Counted from the stretch's first letter, positions 39,673 through 53,549 are shown. The stretch is 64,000 nucleotides of DNA from Malacoraja senta (GCA_038087875.1 CM075988.1:22198001-22262000); one strand, 5' to 3'. Notes: generated from the sequence alone by a model not told the origin. Numbers and translations: made by a program.

Positions 39673-40064
39673 TTAGTTTCCCTGCACTGAAGTGCTGAGA
39701 ATCAGGAGATGGCTGTTTGGGACAGATGAAGGCAGCTGGTAATGAATTGCTGGAAAACTAAGTTCAGTCAATGAATATATTCTGCAGACAATTTTTGAAA
39801 CCCTTAATATCCAAGGATTTGAAATTAATGTACGAAACTGACACCAAGGGAAAAATACAGCCATTGTATTTGAATTGTGGCTGGCGTGAGAGTTTGTGCG
39901 TATTTTGCATATTATTATCGGTTGCCCTCATTGAATACTGTTAAATTAACTTGACTATTATCTTAAGATTTAGTGGAACATTAATCTCAATTATTACCCT
40001 AAATAAAATTAAAGCCAACGGTTCCTCCTATATATGAATCTGATTATTACTCTGACTTTTTCAG

Positions 40065-40130
40065 GTTCTGGAATGGATTCAAAGTGAAGATATTGGAAAA
40101 CAAAAAATAAAATATAACATACATTTGTCA
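40065..40130 (+). other. RPS25: RPS25 exon 5 (3'UTR only) with AATAAA at 40106-40111
   Basis: Acceptor ctgactttttcag, then AATAAA followed by a GT-rich tract; matches the known 3'UTR intron of RPS25. Confidence 0.8.
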
Positions 40131-42089
40131 TTTGTTTTGAGTTGTTACTTGTGCTTCACTAGAAATCAGTCTCTCTGTGCGTAGCTTATTTCTTGTGCAG
40201 AATGGAAGATTACTTTTCTATTTTTACTAATGCAACCATTTTTAAAATGTACTGCAATATCCCAGAGCATCCTAAGTTATTTTTAAGCCTTATTGAATTC
40301 AACGTCTCTCTTACTGGGTAAGTCAAATTATGCTGCGATGTATAATGTAGGAATCCTTTGCTTATTAAAAGCAGTCCATCTTAAGTGTTGCCTCTGCTTG
40401 TAAGCTATGAGTTAATTATAATACAAATAAAAGGCTAAAATGTTACATTGGGTTATTAGATCAGTATCTATGGCAGTTGTTAGCTGCATTATTTATTCTA
40501 GATACTGCCATTAATTACATTCTTCTATGATGGTGATAGTTTTATAGGCTGTTGGATAATGGTTTTTGGTAAATTGTGAACAGTAGCCCTTTAGGCTTTT
40601 TAGCATTTTTCCACTAAAATAATGCACAATCATTTATCCTCCGTTGGATTAGACTGCTGCACAAGCAATGATTCTAAATGGTTTGTTGGGGTGAATTTCA
40701 AACCTAAATTATTGAACAAGCTGCCAGTAAACTGGCAATGTTTATTTTAACTGCTAAGACACTGCAACAAGGAAGCTGAACTTAGACAAAAATATACATT
40801 ACAGATTATGCATTTCAGGAAGTCAAATGAGGCACGACAGGCACAGTCGATGGTAGAGCAGTACATGTTGAACAAGGATCTTGGGGTTTAAGTTCTTCAC
40901 AACACAGGCGGATGAGATAATGAAAACTTACCATTGTGGATTGGGGCATGGAAAATTAAAATGGGGGGTTGTTGCAACTGTACAAAACATAGGTTAGAGT
41001 GCAGTTGGGAGTATTGTGCACAGCTCTGGTCACTTAGGATGAGCTTGTGCGAGACAGAATGGAAAGGAAATTCATCGCAATCTTCCTTGGATTGGAGGCC
41101 TTTATTAATGGGGAGAGATTGATTCCCTGGAACGAAGGTGGCTTATGAGTGACCTGAAAGAGAAATTTGATACATAGAAGGGATAGTTGAATCGTTTTAC
41201 CCATGGTGGGGGTTATCAAAAATAATGCAAATATTCAAAATGAGAGAGACGATATCGGGAATGTGTTGCTATAGGTGGTGATGAAATCAATGCCATTTCA
41301 GGAATGTTCAGGTGGGTACTTGATAATCAAGGCATTGAAGGATGCAGACCTAATGCATGCAAATGGATTAGCATAGATCTGTGCAAAAGCATTGGACCAA
41401 ACTGCCCATTTCTGTGCCGTATGCCAATGGCTCCAATTGCAAATTGCCTAAACAATTGTAACTATTTAGTTGCCCAAAAACATGCAAGGATGGAATTCTC
41501 AATTGCTATTCTGTATTAGGCATTTATTTCACTGGAGTGAGAGCCTTTAGATGATGCTTAATATTAAATGGACATATGGACTACTTTTATATATAGAAAT
41601 GTAGCAAGGTAAAATTTGTCCTTTCAGCACTGAGGGAAATCTATTCACAAGGCTTTTCAGGCTTATTGGCCATCCCCAAATTACATAACTCAATTTGTGG
41701 ACACCCATATGATCAAGCTCTCACAATTTAAATAAAAACTACAGAATTGGTATCCTCTGCCTCCCCTTAGTGATCTATCTGATCAGACTTAAGTGCTTTT
41801 GATAGTGTTCATTAGAGTACCGTGAAGGCAAGTTTTGTGCATTTTCTGACTTTATGGATGTCTGCAAAGACGCAACATGTTTGTTACCCAGGAATGGCCT
41901 GTACTCATGCTATCACGGGGCATACAATCCCAGCCAAGTAATTGTATTATCAAAGTATAACGAGCAGTTATTAAATGACTTCAATTATGAATTTGACAAA
42001 CCTTTGGTGCAATTTACAGTTACATGTACAAAGTACACCACACATTCCAAAAGCAGCCATTATGCTCAGTTTAAATACATCCAATTTAA

Positions 42090-42156
42090 TCAGCTCAACT
42101 GGTCATCTTTTCTGCGCTTTCTGCTTTTCTTGCCTTCTTCCAACCGGAACTGATGC
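42090..42156 (-). CDS. CENATAC: CENATAC exon 11 (coding part, to TGA)
   Basis: HQFRLEEGKKSRKRRKDDQLS*; acceptor ttttttag. Confidence 0.93.
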
Positions 42157-42370
42157 CTAAAAAAGTTAAAATTGAGGGGTGGTCAAAATTCATTACCATG
42201 TACATTTAAAAGCAGTAATGGAACCACATTGAACTATACAAAGCTAAAGCTTTGGAAGGGGTTAGGTGAACAATAGTTTGATTTGGAGTTTTGGGACGTA
42301 GGGAATAGACATTAGAAATATATGGGGTGGGATTGTTTAGAAATGGGTGGGGAACAGCCTGAAGTCTTAC

Positions 42371-42503
42371 CTGGATTGCCACCTCCTGCCATCATTCCAC
42401 ACTCTGCCAAACGAAGGCAACCAGGAATCATCTGTTTCTGACAAGTGGTTGAAATTGGCACCAACTCTATTTGGAGGAAGTTTCTTCAGTTTCTCTCTCT
42501 CTT
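42371..42503 (-). CDS. CENATAC: CENATAC exon 10
   Basis: [48 protein letters not shown] acceptor, GTAAG donor. Confidence 0.96.
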
Positions 42504-43961
42504 CTAAAATTAGAAAGAATTCAAAAGAAAAGTACCAGCAAACAAAAATAGAGAAAATGGCATATATAGACACAAAATGCTGGAGTAACAGGCAGATAGA
42601 AGGAATGCGTGACGTTTCGAGCCGAGACCCTCTTCAGACAGAAAATGGCGTGTTGCTTGCAGACTGGTAATTATGTCATCGATCTGGCCTGTTCCCCTGC
42701 ACTTCAATGCATTCAAATACTATGCATCGAGGATTGTGCTTCACTGGAGTAAAATATCTGGGTGCGTCACCTTTTCAAAGGTTGAAACCAGAGCCAATGG
42801 AATAGTTTAAAGGGCTTTAGCTGCAGTTCACCCTGTGAGAGATAGTTTTAGGCTATGAAAGGGAAAATATCTAGTGGGATTTATTTGAAGGCCAAAATAA
42901 AAGTGCTTCACAGAACTGTGGACAAGCAAATGAAAAAGAAGCCTTTCAAAGTGGTGGTTTAAGGATTGTCGGGAAGTAGATCTGCTGAGTGGGTAAGAAG
43001 TTACAGAACTTGGGAAAACAAAAGCATAGCGACCAAACATGGACTTATTAAAAGTGGAGGCCCATTTTTTCTCGTAATATTGTTTACAGTATACTATACA
43101 TATTCTGTTGTGCTGCTGCAAGTAAGAATTTCATCGTTCTATCTGGGACATATGGCAATAAAACACTCTTGACTCTTAAAGGAATCTCAAGGTTGGGCTG
43201 TAAGAGGTTGTAAATGTAACAACGAGAAAACCCTGGAATAATTTGAAAATTAGGATAATTTTGCTGCAAGACATGGATGGGATTATGTGAGGGGTGAGCA
43301 TGACTACTAGCTTAACGTGCATGAGTTTGGAGTGATTAAGTTAAACATGGCGTTTAACTCATCAAATCTATACTTGGATTTTTCACAGAACCATCTTAAA
43401 AATAAACTGAAACATGATGGAATTGGCTAAGAAACAAGTATTGATATAGCACCCTAATCAATAAAGGTCTAATGTTTTACACCCAGGTTACTGATAAGCA
43501 AAGTAAAAGTATTCTAGCAACACTAACATTCACTGAACTATGAGTTGTTATAGCACAGGAGGCAATTTGGCCCATCAAATCTTTTCCAACTCTCGGAACA
43601 GTTCCGATGAGTGTCCGTTCCCTACAGCCCAGCAATTGGCTTGAATTATTTTCCCAAATCCATTTTTGTTTTGTTAGTATTTCAAGAAATCAGTTCTCCG
43701 AACTGCTTGCCAGGATTATCTAGATAGAATGAACAGTTAAATGCTGGTAGACAAAGTGCTGGAGTAACTCGGGTCAGGCAACATCTCATTTTTCTCCAGA
43801 GATGCTGCCTGACCCTCTGAGTTACTCCAACACTGTATATCTTTGGTATAAACCAATATCTGGAGTTCCTTGTTTAGTTAAATGCTGGTCTTGACATCGT
43901 TGCCCACACCCCCAGGAGTAAATAAAGGAAAACTTAGCCATTCGGAATATCAAACACATAC

Positions 43962-44048
43962 TCTGCTGGAGAAACTCTTCATAAGAAGGTCCTATTCGTT
44001 TTGGTGTTTCTGCATCCTCCTCATCAAGAAGCCATGGTGGAGTTGCAC
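43962..44048 (-). CDS. CENATAC: CENATAC exon 9
   Basis: GATPPWLLDEEDAETPKRIGPSYEEFLQQ; CAG acceptor, GTATG donor. Confidence 0.94.
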
Positions 44049-44806
44049 CTGAAGTCAGATGTAGAGCACATTAGCCTCTGGCAAGGTTTAAACTGAAATA
44101 TAGTCATTTATAACCATCCCTAGTTAAATGGGTAGGATATTTTATGCTTATATGCATAATCAAAGACCCCAGTAGGGGAGTTAGCCTCTCGTATGTAGAG
44201 CAGCAAACTCAAACTTCAAAAGATAGAAGCCGCATGGGGTGCAGAGAAGTCATGACATGGAAGAAATGAGAAATTATAAAATTAGCAAATTATGCTCAAT
44301 GTGAACATGGGTTTTCAGGTTTCTGCAAATAGTGAAAACAGAAGATATCGGGGTACATTTAGGGGATTGGACTATTTCCACTTCACATGTAAATGGAAAA
44401 TAATACAAGAAAATGTTTCAACACTCCAGGAGTCAGGTAGCATTTGTTTCTTATCACACATGCTTGCCTACCTGACCCATTGGGTGTTGCAAACCTCCAT
44501 GAAGCACTGTAAAATGCAGTGCAAACTATCACAGACGAGTAATAATGTGTTCAATTACAGCTCTCAGACAAGTGTGATTATCACCAATTTTCAATCATAG
44601 CTAAAAATGCAAATTATTACTCTGCTTGAGAGTGTTCACCGACAGCCTTTCCCACTTCCACTGCATATTGCAATCACTCCCCACCCACCCCCACCGCATA
44701 TTGCGATCTCCCCCCCCCCCCCACCATATTTTACAATCATTCCCCAACCCATTACAAAAAATTGTGGAATATAGAACACAAAAAAACTCCATCATGTATA
44801 CATCAC

Positions 44807-44840
44807 CTGTGTGAATATTTCCAGTTTCTGATTTTGATAT
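44807..44840 (-). CDS. CENATAC: CENATAC exon 8
   Basis: ISKSETGNIHTG; CAG acceptor (alternative in-frame AG 6 nt upstream), GTGAT donor. Confidence 0.85.
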
Positions 44841-47454
44841 CTGGAACTGTAGAAAGCCAACAGAAAAATTAACTAAATTCTGAACAGACAAAATCGCAGA
44901 TCAACAACTATAGAACAGTGAACATTTTGAATATATTTTAAATCAGTAAACTGCCAAAATATATATTCCTAAATGTGGTCACTTCACATCAAACGTAATG
45001 TTTGAAGGCTTTCAACAATGCGCAAATAAATTCTTACTCAAAATAAAATCAATTGTTCAAACAGTTTTTAAAAGAAGGATTTTGATCAATTTGTTTTAAA
45101 AAAAACGGCAACTTCTTTAGCTTGGAGTATTTTTCCAGGGACACATGGAACTGCAGATGCTAGAATCTTGCATAGAACACAAAGTGCTGGAGTAACTCAA
45201 CAGGTCAGGCAGCATGTCTGGAGAACATGGATAGTGACGTTTTAGGTCGGGACTCTTCAGACTGATTGTATTGGGGGTGGGATGGAGAGCAGAGGAAGCT
45301 AGAAAAGAGATGAGGGTGGGACGAAGCCTTGCAAGTGATAGGTGGATAGTCGAGGGAGATTTGGATTGGCAGATGGTTGGACAATGGCTGGATACAAAAT
45401 GGGGACAAGGAGACAAAATTGTGTCAGGAGTGAAATGTAAAGCCAGAGGGAAGGATATATGTGGAAGTATATTTCCAGAAACATGTTAAAAGTAAGAAAA
45501 TAATTGCTTGGTGCCAAGAGTGCAGAATTTGACATTGGAGAGCTGGTGATTAAGAACAAGAGATAAAACAGGCATTCCAACTATTCGAGACTCTGTCATT
45601 CATTGAGTTCAAGGCTGATCTTCCACCTCATTATCCTCATATCCCTAGAATTGTTTTACTGTCCAGAAATGTATTTGTGTTCTGAATGAATAAACTCCAC
45701 TAACCTGTGCAAATACCCACCAAGCATCTCATTATAAAGTTCTATTTCAATCCTAAATAGCCGACTCGTTCCGACACTATAACCTCTGCTTCTAAACTTC
45801 CCAACCAGCGTAAATATCCTCCCTGCATCGTGAATGTTGAGCCCTGGGAGAATTGTTATGTTTCAAAGAGATTTCTCATTCTAATAACCTTTAGGGAATA
45901 CATGCCTGATCTACTTAATCTCTCTAATTATAAACCAATCATTCCTGGAACTAGTTTACTGAATCATCACTGTTTGTCTGTGACAAGGATATCCTTTTTT
46001 AGATAAGGTCAAAACCAGGCAATACTCTAGGTGTAGTTTCAACAAGGCCCCATGTAACTGCAGTGTGAAGCCTTTACTCCTGCAATAAAATCAAACATAT
46101 ACCATTTACTTTCCTAATTACCTATTGCAAGGTTTTCAGTTACCCCATGGTCCCCTTCAACAAAAAGATCCCCCATAGGTTCCTATTACATTTTTCCCCA
46201 CTCACTTTAAAGTTATGTCCTCTGTGTTTTACCCAAAGTGCCCTGGGTAACACACTGCGCTCTCGGTACCCTGCCTATGATTTTATACACCTCTCTCATC
46301 ACTGCAGGAAGGGTGGATGGAGGATGCTGTGTGTGACGTTCAACGGAGGTGTGCAAAGGCCCTACGGCAGTGGGTGGTCTATTCCCACATTGTCCCGGGC
46401 TGCCGTTTACTCCTCTGACTGCTCAGGCCTGTGTGGTTGGTCACAAGCTACCACCATGCCACCTCCTTGCCCTGTACCAGAGCTGACTGCAGTGTCTGTG
46501 TATGGGCCCCAGTCTGAGCCGTAGCCAGGCAGCAGCCTTGTCTCTCTCTCTCTCTCTCTAAACTCCCCCACACTCACTTACCCGTAGGGCAGGCAAGCCC
46601 CATTCTCTGCTCCGTCCCGGCCGCTACCCTTTGCCCAACCTCATCTGGGAACTGTACACACTATGTTTACCACAAGATCAGCAGCCTCCAAGAAATAGAG
46701 GGGCTGGAGGGCTTGAGTTACAAGGAGATAGATCGGACAGGCAGAGGCTCTTTTCCCTGGAGCGCAGGATGGCTGAGAGGTGATCTTACAGAGGTATATA
46801 ATGTCATGCCTGGATAGAATGAATGCAGTCTTTTACCTAGGTAGGGGAATCCAAGGCCAGAGGACGTGGGTTTAAAGTGAGAGGGGGAAAATGTAACAGA
46901 ACCCAAGGGGATCTTTTTCCACCCAGAGGGTAGTGGGTATTCTGGAACAGAAATATTGGATTAACACACAACATAAACCGTCTCATGGTGCCATCGAGCG
47001 GAGGTTACTGCTTGGGTTACAATGCCATTAGCATAAACAAGCAGTTGGGAACACCAAAGATAGACACAAAGTGCTGGAGTAACTCACAGAGTCCGACAGC
47101 ATCTCTGGCGAAAAAGTTAGGTGACGTTTCAGACCGGGATCCTTCTTCAGACTGAAAGTAGGGGGGGTGGGGGGGAGAGAGGCGAAGAGCTGGAGGCGCA
47201 CATGGTAGAAGCTTCATACCCATGCAACAACCAGCTTTGAAAGTCAGGGAGTGCGAGATTGGAAGAGGCTGGACGAACAATGCATGGTTCCCCTCAGACC
47301 ACAACATGGAGAGTGATCACTTCCATTGCTCAATGCAATAGAACTGGGTACAGTTGCTTTAGAGTTGTTACCTTCTATACTTGTGTACTGGATAGCAACA
47401 AACACGACACATTAGCACTTCATTTTGAACATTGACTAAACATGGACACATCAC

Positions 47455-47567
47455 CTGTTACCATGAAAGTCAAAGCTTGTCCGTTTATCATGTCACCAGA
47501 ATGAATGGTGTTATTCACTCCATGGTCCAGCTTCTGCCTGTTCGGCGATGTAGCTTCCAAGACATGA
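47455..47567 (-). CDS. CENATAC: CENATAC exon 7 (boundaries uncertain)
   Basis: HVLEATSPNRQKLDHGVNNTIHSGDMINGQALTF..., matching human GPSLTFIGHQ; the frame at the 3' end is disturbed. Confidence 0.7.
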
Positions 47568-48415
47568 CTTGCAGGGCAAACAAATATTTTCTGTAAAAAT
47601 GCAGTTTCTCTTTATCTTAACAGATTAATATCACAATTTTATTTTGGGGGGGGAGGGGAGAGGGGAAAGATTTGTACGTGCTAATGGTACTAATAGGCTG
47701 GTTGGCCTGAGGAATAACACAACTGACTGATTAATGCAGGCTAAACTAAAATCAAGATCTCTAACTCACTATTAACTCAGCATATTGTTGTTTGCTCTGC
47801 TCAATTCAATAATAATTTATTATTATATTAACCTAGGTACAGTGAAATTCTTTATTTTGCATACCATCCAGTAAAGTCATGCTATTGATAAGCATATTGG
47901 AGCATAATTATGGAACACAAGACTATTTTCATTTTCAGTTTCATCAACCCTCTGGAAGTCATGGTACAGCATTACTAGATGCCCATCGGGTATTTCACAG
48001 CAGCCCTTTTACTGAAGGTGATATATATTCTCTTCTCGATCCCTATAAACTTGTGTAGAATGAAGAAATGTACTGGCGTTCTCCATTGGATTTCATATCC
48101 AATGATACAGGTGTCATGGGTTATGGGGAGAAGGCAGGAGAATGGGATTGAGTGAGGGAGATAGATCAGCCATGATTGAATGGCGGAGTAGACTTGATGG
48201 GCCGAATGGCCCAATTCTGCTCCTATCACTTATGAACTTCCTACAATGGGCACCAGTCAGGAGCAGAACCTGGGTGGAATTTTCCTCTCTCACTCTGAAG
48301 TCAGTTGCTGATCTTGTGAAAATTGCTCATCAGCACTACTCTGGTGGCAATAATATTTAAAGAGTTCCACAACACACCAGTATTTATTTAATAAATTGAA
48401 ACAAAACACTCTTAC

Positions 48416-48474
48416 CCATCATGAGTGGCTGCAAACGCCAGGAGTCCATCGATAGAATGTTGCTCTGTCTGTGG
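48416..48474 (-). CDS. CENATAC: CENATAC exon 6
   Basis: PQTEQHSIDGLLAFAATHDG; begins with PQ as in the human protein; CAG acceptor, GTAAG donor. Confidence 0.8.
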
Positions 48475-51400
48475 CTGGTTTTGATTCAGGAAAAATCAAT
48501 GCTTCTTAAAAGCTTAAAACACTATGTTAAAATAACTACGGACCCACGATTTGCTGCACCCTTGGTTCCAGAGCCTTGCCTGATTATCCATTTTGTAGCA
48601 CCAGCAGAGGCATGTAATAATGACACAATACACCTCTGACCCACTAATTATACCCCTCCCATGTCTCTAAATGAACCCACCATGTCCCATGTCTTGGCTG
48701 AAATAAACTTAAATTAAAAAAATATTAAAAGTAAATTAAACGTGCTTAATGCTCGACAGCACAACTGTCACTTGGACCTTGCCTAGAAGCCACAGCCAGG
48801 GTTAAGTGCAAGCAAAATAAGGTCAGAATTGCACAAAACCGAGCGATCAGCAGCAACAACTGCAGATGGAACAGATAACTCTTTCGGGACAGTGGGGGCG
48901 CGTTCCGGAAGAGCTCGCATTACATGCAGCGCAATGCTGGAGAAATTCAGCGGTGAGGCAGCAACTATGGAGAGAAGGAATAGGCGACGTTTCGGTTCGA
49001 GACCCTTCTCTCCATGGGATGCTGCCTCACCCGCTGAGTTTCTACAGCATTTTTTGTCTACCTTCGATTTTTCCAGCATCTGCAGTTCTTTCTTAAACAT
49101 CACATGCAGGGCCCACGTGCCCTCCTGGGAATTTAAGTGGCCTATTGAAATTTGTCCGGATTAAAGTAACTGCGGGACCATCAGTTGCTGGGGGATAAAA
49201 ACAAAACAAATCGGCGGTGGACCTGTATTGCAACGCACAAAATGATACATCTGCAAATTGCTCCAAGGCTTTCATGCATTCAACAATTAATACTGTGTTT
49301 TGTTGGGTCGGAACAGGGTAATCTTTGGGAATAACCCACAACATATTCTATATTCCACAAACTCGCTTTGTTCTATTTGGAGAACAGCCTTGCTGCTCTT
49401 GTTGCATCGGCAGGTTCAGGGCTGAGCATACAAGTGTCCCTCGCACATTACTGGTGTGTGGGTAGGTGGGTCGATGAGAGCCTTTATGTATGTTATGTCT
49501 TGTGCTGTATGTTCTATGTTGGACCCCCTCGAAAACGAGATGACAGTCCATCTCAAGGGGTTATCCATAAATAAACTTGTTGAAACTTGTTGAAGTGGTT
49601 TTTAAACGCAAAAAAAGAATCATTCATCCTCAAGAACTGAGAGAGAAGCTATCGCACCCTGCTTTAAAATACATTGCAGATGAATTGCAAATCCATAGAT
49701 TGCCCAAGCCGGTAAGGGTTTAGTGCTTAGAATCATAATGAATAGTAAATGTACGAATAGGTGGTGGGAGGCAGGAAAAGATTATGAAGGCAAGCCAAAA
49801 GCTCATCGATATTCCCTCAATTTTTAAAAACATTTAATTTTCCTACATCTCCTACATTTTAACCACACAATGTCCATTATGAAGGTCCTGCATTGTACTT
49901 ATATTTTTCATAATGACAGATTTCTCTTAGTTCAATGTCATTTTTTATGAATTACTGTAGTTATATTTACTAGCCCCTTGTTCTTTAAGTAAGAGGACTT
50001 GCTGTATATTGTTCCAAATACTGTACAAGAGGGGAAAAAAAGCACACCTGTAGGAAAATACAATGTGTTGATAAGTTTTGATTTACAATTTAACAAATGT
50101 TATAAACTGTTCAACGGATGTTAAAAGAATTTGTTTATAAAAGCAGGTAGATAATGCAAAATACCCAGTCTCTCCGAAATGGAATTGATTAAAAGATAAG
50201 CATGGAAACAGGCCCTTCGGCCCACACCGGACCATCAATCACATGTTCACACAAGCTCTATGTTATCCCACATTTGCATCTACTCCCTGCACACAAGGGG
50301 CGAGTTTAGAGGCCATTAACCTACAAACCCACACGTCTTTGGGATGTGGGAGGAAACAGGAGCACCCGGGAGAAAACCCATGCAGTCGCAGGGAGAATGT
50401 ACAAACTTCACACAGACATCAGAGGCTAGGATCAAAACCGAGGTCTTTGGTGGTGTGAGGTAGCTGCTCTAGCAGCTGCACCACTCTGCTGCACTGATCA
50501 GGGAATCAATCTCCAATTGTGAACTCTGAACATATCCATTTTTATCATTGTTTTAAAAAGCAAAATCCCTTAATTCAGCCAACTCTATTTTGCATTTTAA
50601 AATCAAAGTCTATGCCTGGGAATAATCACGATGGAGGACTATAATAGTTTCCAAATTTGAACAATTCCTTGACCAAATGTACACGTTAAATATAAAATCA
50701 TACAATGTACAGGGTGAAATTCATTTAATTTCTCATTCCCTATAAACTTGTGAATGAAGAAATGTTCTCCATTGAAATGACGAGCGAGGAATTAGATGAG
50801 TAACGGAGGAACAAAATAGAAGAGAACAATTTGGTAAAATATAATCTTATTTCAGTCATTACCTCAAGTAATTGCTTTACTTTGCAAAGCAAAAGATCAA
50901 ATTTGTGAATCTACACTCTGGGAGTGAAGTTTGGGTCAGAGTTGTTACAGTTTGGGCTACTTTGGTTGTAATATAGTGATGGATCATTGCTTAGGATTTT
51001 TTAATCCATCACTAAACCCATCCTCCAACAGGAACTTGGTGAGGTAGGCGTTATTCTGCTATACCACCCGAGTAGTTTAGTTTAGAGAAATAGCGCGGAA
51101 ACTGTCTTTCGGCCCACCGTGTCCCCGCCGACCAGCGATCCCCGCACACTAACACTATCCTACACACACTGGGGCCAATTTACAATTAAACCAAGGCCAA
51201 TTACCTGCAAACCCGTACGTCTTTGGAGTGTGGGAGGAAACAGGAGAAAACCCCACACAGGTCGCGGGGAGAACGTACAAACTCCATACAGACAAGCACC
51301 CGTAGTTAGGATCGGACCCGGGTCTTTGGCACTGCAAGGCAGCAACTCTACCGCTGCGCACAGTGCCGCCTCAGTATCTGAAGTCTGTAACAATTCCGCG

Positions 51401-51556
51401 ATGGGACGGAGCCATGCCAGCTCAAATCTTGTCTTCCTTTTCCATCAGCAATAAGATACTCCTAAAGGTAGGAGTCGTAGGTGAAGACACTACAGAGAGA
51501 AAAGGGAAGGGTGTCGCACGCTTGTTGTTGACGGCCAGAAACTCCGTTTCCTGGAT

Positions 51557-51799
51557 TTGCAAAGGAAACCCTTTCATTTCTGCAGCACCTTTCATGCCCT
51601 CAAGAGGTCAACAGTGCATTAATAGTGCACAGAACCAAAGTTGTGTGGTGGGGAACTAAAGTTGTGTGCGGGGAACTAAAGTTGTGTGCTGGGAACTAAA
51701 GTTTGTGTGCGGGGAACTAAAGTTGTGCGCACTATTCATGCACTGTTGACCTCTTGAGGGCATGAAGGTGCTGCAGAAATGGAAGGGTTTTCTTTGCAA
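51557..51799. repeat. About 80-bp inverted repeat enclosing four 20-21-bp tandem units
   Basis: 51557-51636 is the reverse complement of 51722-51799; the spacer is (AAAGTTGTGTGCGGGGAACT)x4. Confidence 0.9.
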
Positions 51800-51979
51800 C
51801 ATCAGCTGAAGTAGCATTTGGACTAATCTTCCCTATGGCTTAACTCCACACTGCCATTACAGCTAACCAACTAGGTGCCTAATTTTGATCTGACAGAATC
51901 ATTTGGCAATTATAGACATTTGATGTAAAATACAACAGTTGCCATGGATACTGTTCAGGCTCATCCAGGTAAAACCAAC

Positions 51980-52042
51980 CTCAAAGGCAGCCTGCACTAC
52001 CTCCTGCCTCCTCCGATCCACTTCGCGAATGTACTCTGCTTC
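51980..52042 (-). CDS. CENATAC: CENATAC exon 5
   Basis: EAEYIREVDRRRQEVVQAAFE, 63 nt; TAG acceptor, GTTGG donor. Confidence 0.92.
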
Positions 52043-52289
52043 CTATAGAGAACATTAAAAAAAAGACCAAAGTCACTCATGACTGGTGTAAAGGTTCAAG
52101 GGGCCAGCACAGAAAATAATGCCCAAATGTACAAACTATTAAACAGAGCAACAAATACACACACAAAAGTAAAAATGGCATTGTTATTTATTTGTTAAAT
52201 TAATAGAAAAAATTCCTACAAATACAATTATAACTCCAGTATCTTAGATATTATCTGCAGCAGTAACTACAACTAGCCCTGACAGTGGG

Positions 52290-52546
52290 AGGCACGGTGG
52301 CTCAGCGGTAGAGTTGCTGCCTTACAACACCAGAGACCCGGGATTGGTCCTGTTTTCCCCGCGTGGGTTTTCCTCGGGTGTTCCGGTTTCTCCCACACTC
52401 CAAAGACGTGCGGGTTTGTAGGTTAAATGGCTTTGGTAAAAAATTGTAAATTGACCCTAGTGTGCAGGATAGTGCTAGTGTAAGTGGGTGATCGCTGGTC
52501 GACTCGGTGGGCCGAAGGGTCTGTATTTGTATTTCTAAAGTCTAAA
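52290..52546 (+). mobile_element. tRNA-derived SINE (representative copy; others at about 995-1270, 8630-8960, 27510-27645, 55108-55400 and 62868-63062 on +, and 50200-50485, 51073-51368 and 62170-62370 on -)
   Basis: A-box TGGCTCAGCGG head, B-box GGTTCGATCC in sister copies, conserved core, and a LINE-like (CTAAA)n tail. Confidence 0.8.
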
Positions 52547-52662
52547 ACAAAGTTAAAGAATCTCAGTGGAAGGCGAGTTTTGGCCTGCACTGCTTTTTCC
52601 ATATATGCATAATAAATAAATAAAATTCAAGTCATAAAACCCATTGCATTATGCAGAATGTT

Positions 52663-52945
52663 ATAGACAATAGACAATAAGTGCTGAAGTAGGTCATTTG
52701 GCCCTTCGAGCCAGCACCGCCATTCAATGTGATCATGGCTGATCATCCCAATCAGTACCCCGTTCCTGCCTTCTTCCCATATCCCGACTCCGCTATTTTT
52801 AAGAGCCCCATCTAGCTCTCTCTTGAAAGCATCCAGAGAACCTGCCTCCACCGCCCTCTGAGGCAGAGAATTCCACAGACTCACCACTCTCTGTGAGAAA
52901 ATGTGTTTCCTCGTCTCCGTTCTAAATGGCTTATCCTTATTCTAA
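52663..52945 (-). mobile_element. CR1 LINE 3' end
   Basis: VVSLWNSLPQRAVEAGSLDAFKRELD plus a (TAGACAA)n tail. Confidence 0.8.
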
Positions 52946-53549
52946 ATGTTGCAAAATATATCTCTCCACGTTCACATTTTATTTGAACATCAACATTACA
53001 TTTTCCTGTTTATAAAAATAATATACTCTCACTTAAATTCAGGAGTGAATTCCCCCCAAACAGTTGTAGATGGTTGAGAGAAGCGATGGATATTTTATGT
53101 TGGTGTTAATACAAACAACTTTCTATTTGGGAAACAAGTTGTTTGTTTCACCCCAAACCTCCCCCACTGTGCTCCATTAACCATGCACCACTTATAATTT
53201 AGAGTGGAGGCAGGCAATGCAACTAAACCATCAACTGATACAGGCTGAGAGGGGTTCCATAGAAAATCCAGATGATGTACCCAGCAATTTTCCCATCATC
53301 TTTGGTCTCCACAGCAACGCTCCAGACCTCACTGCAGTGGAGATGACATGAGCAATATATGCAGTAATGAACAAAACCTTCAATTTACAGAGTGTTTTTC
53401 AAAAACATCAGAATCCCAACACAGCTAAATACTCAATTAAGTATTTTTTGTTGTCACTGTTATAGCCAGCACACAATTTGCACAAAGAGATCTTCATAGA
53501 AACAGCAATGAGGTAGTGGACAGTGAACAGTAATTAATAATTAGTACTT

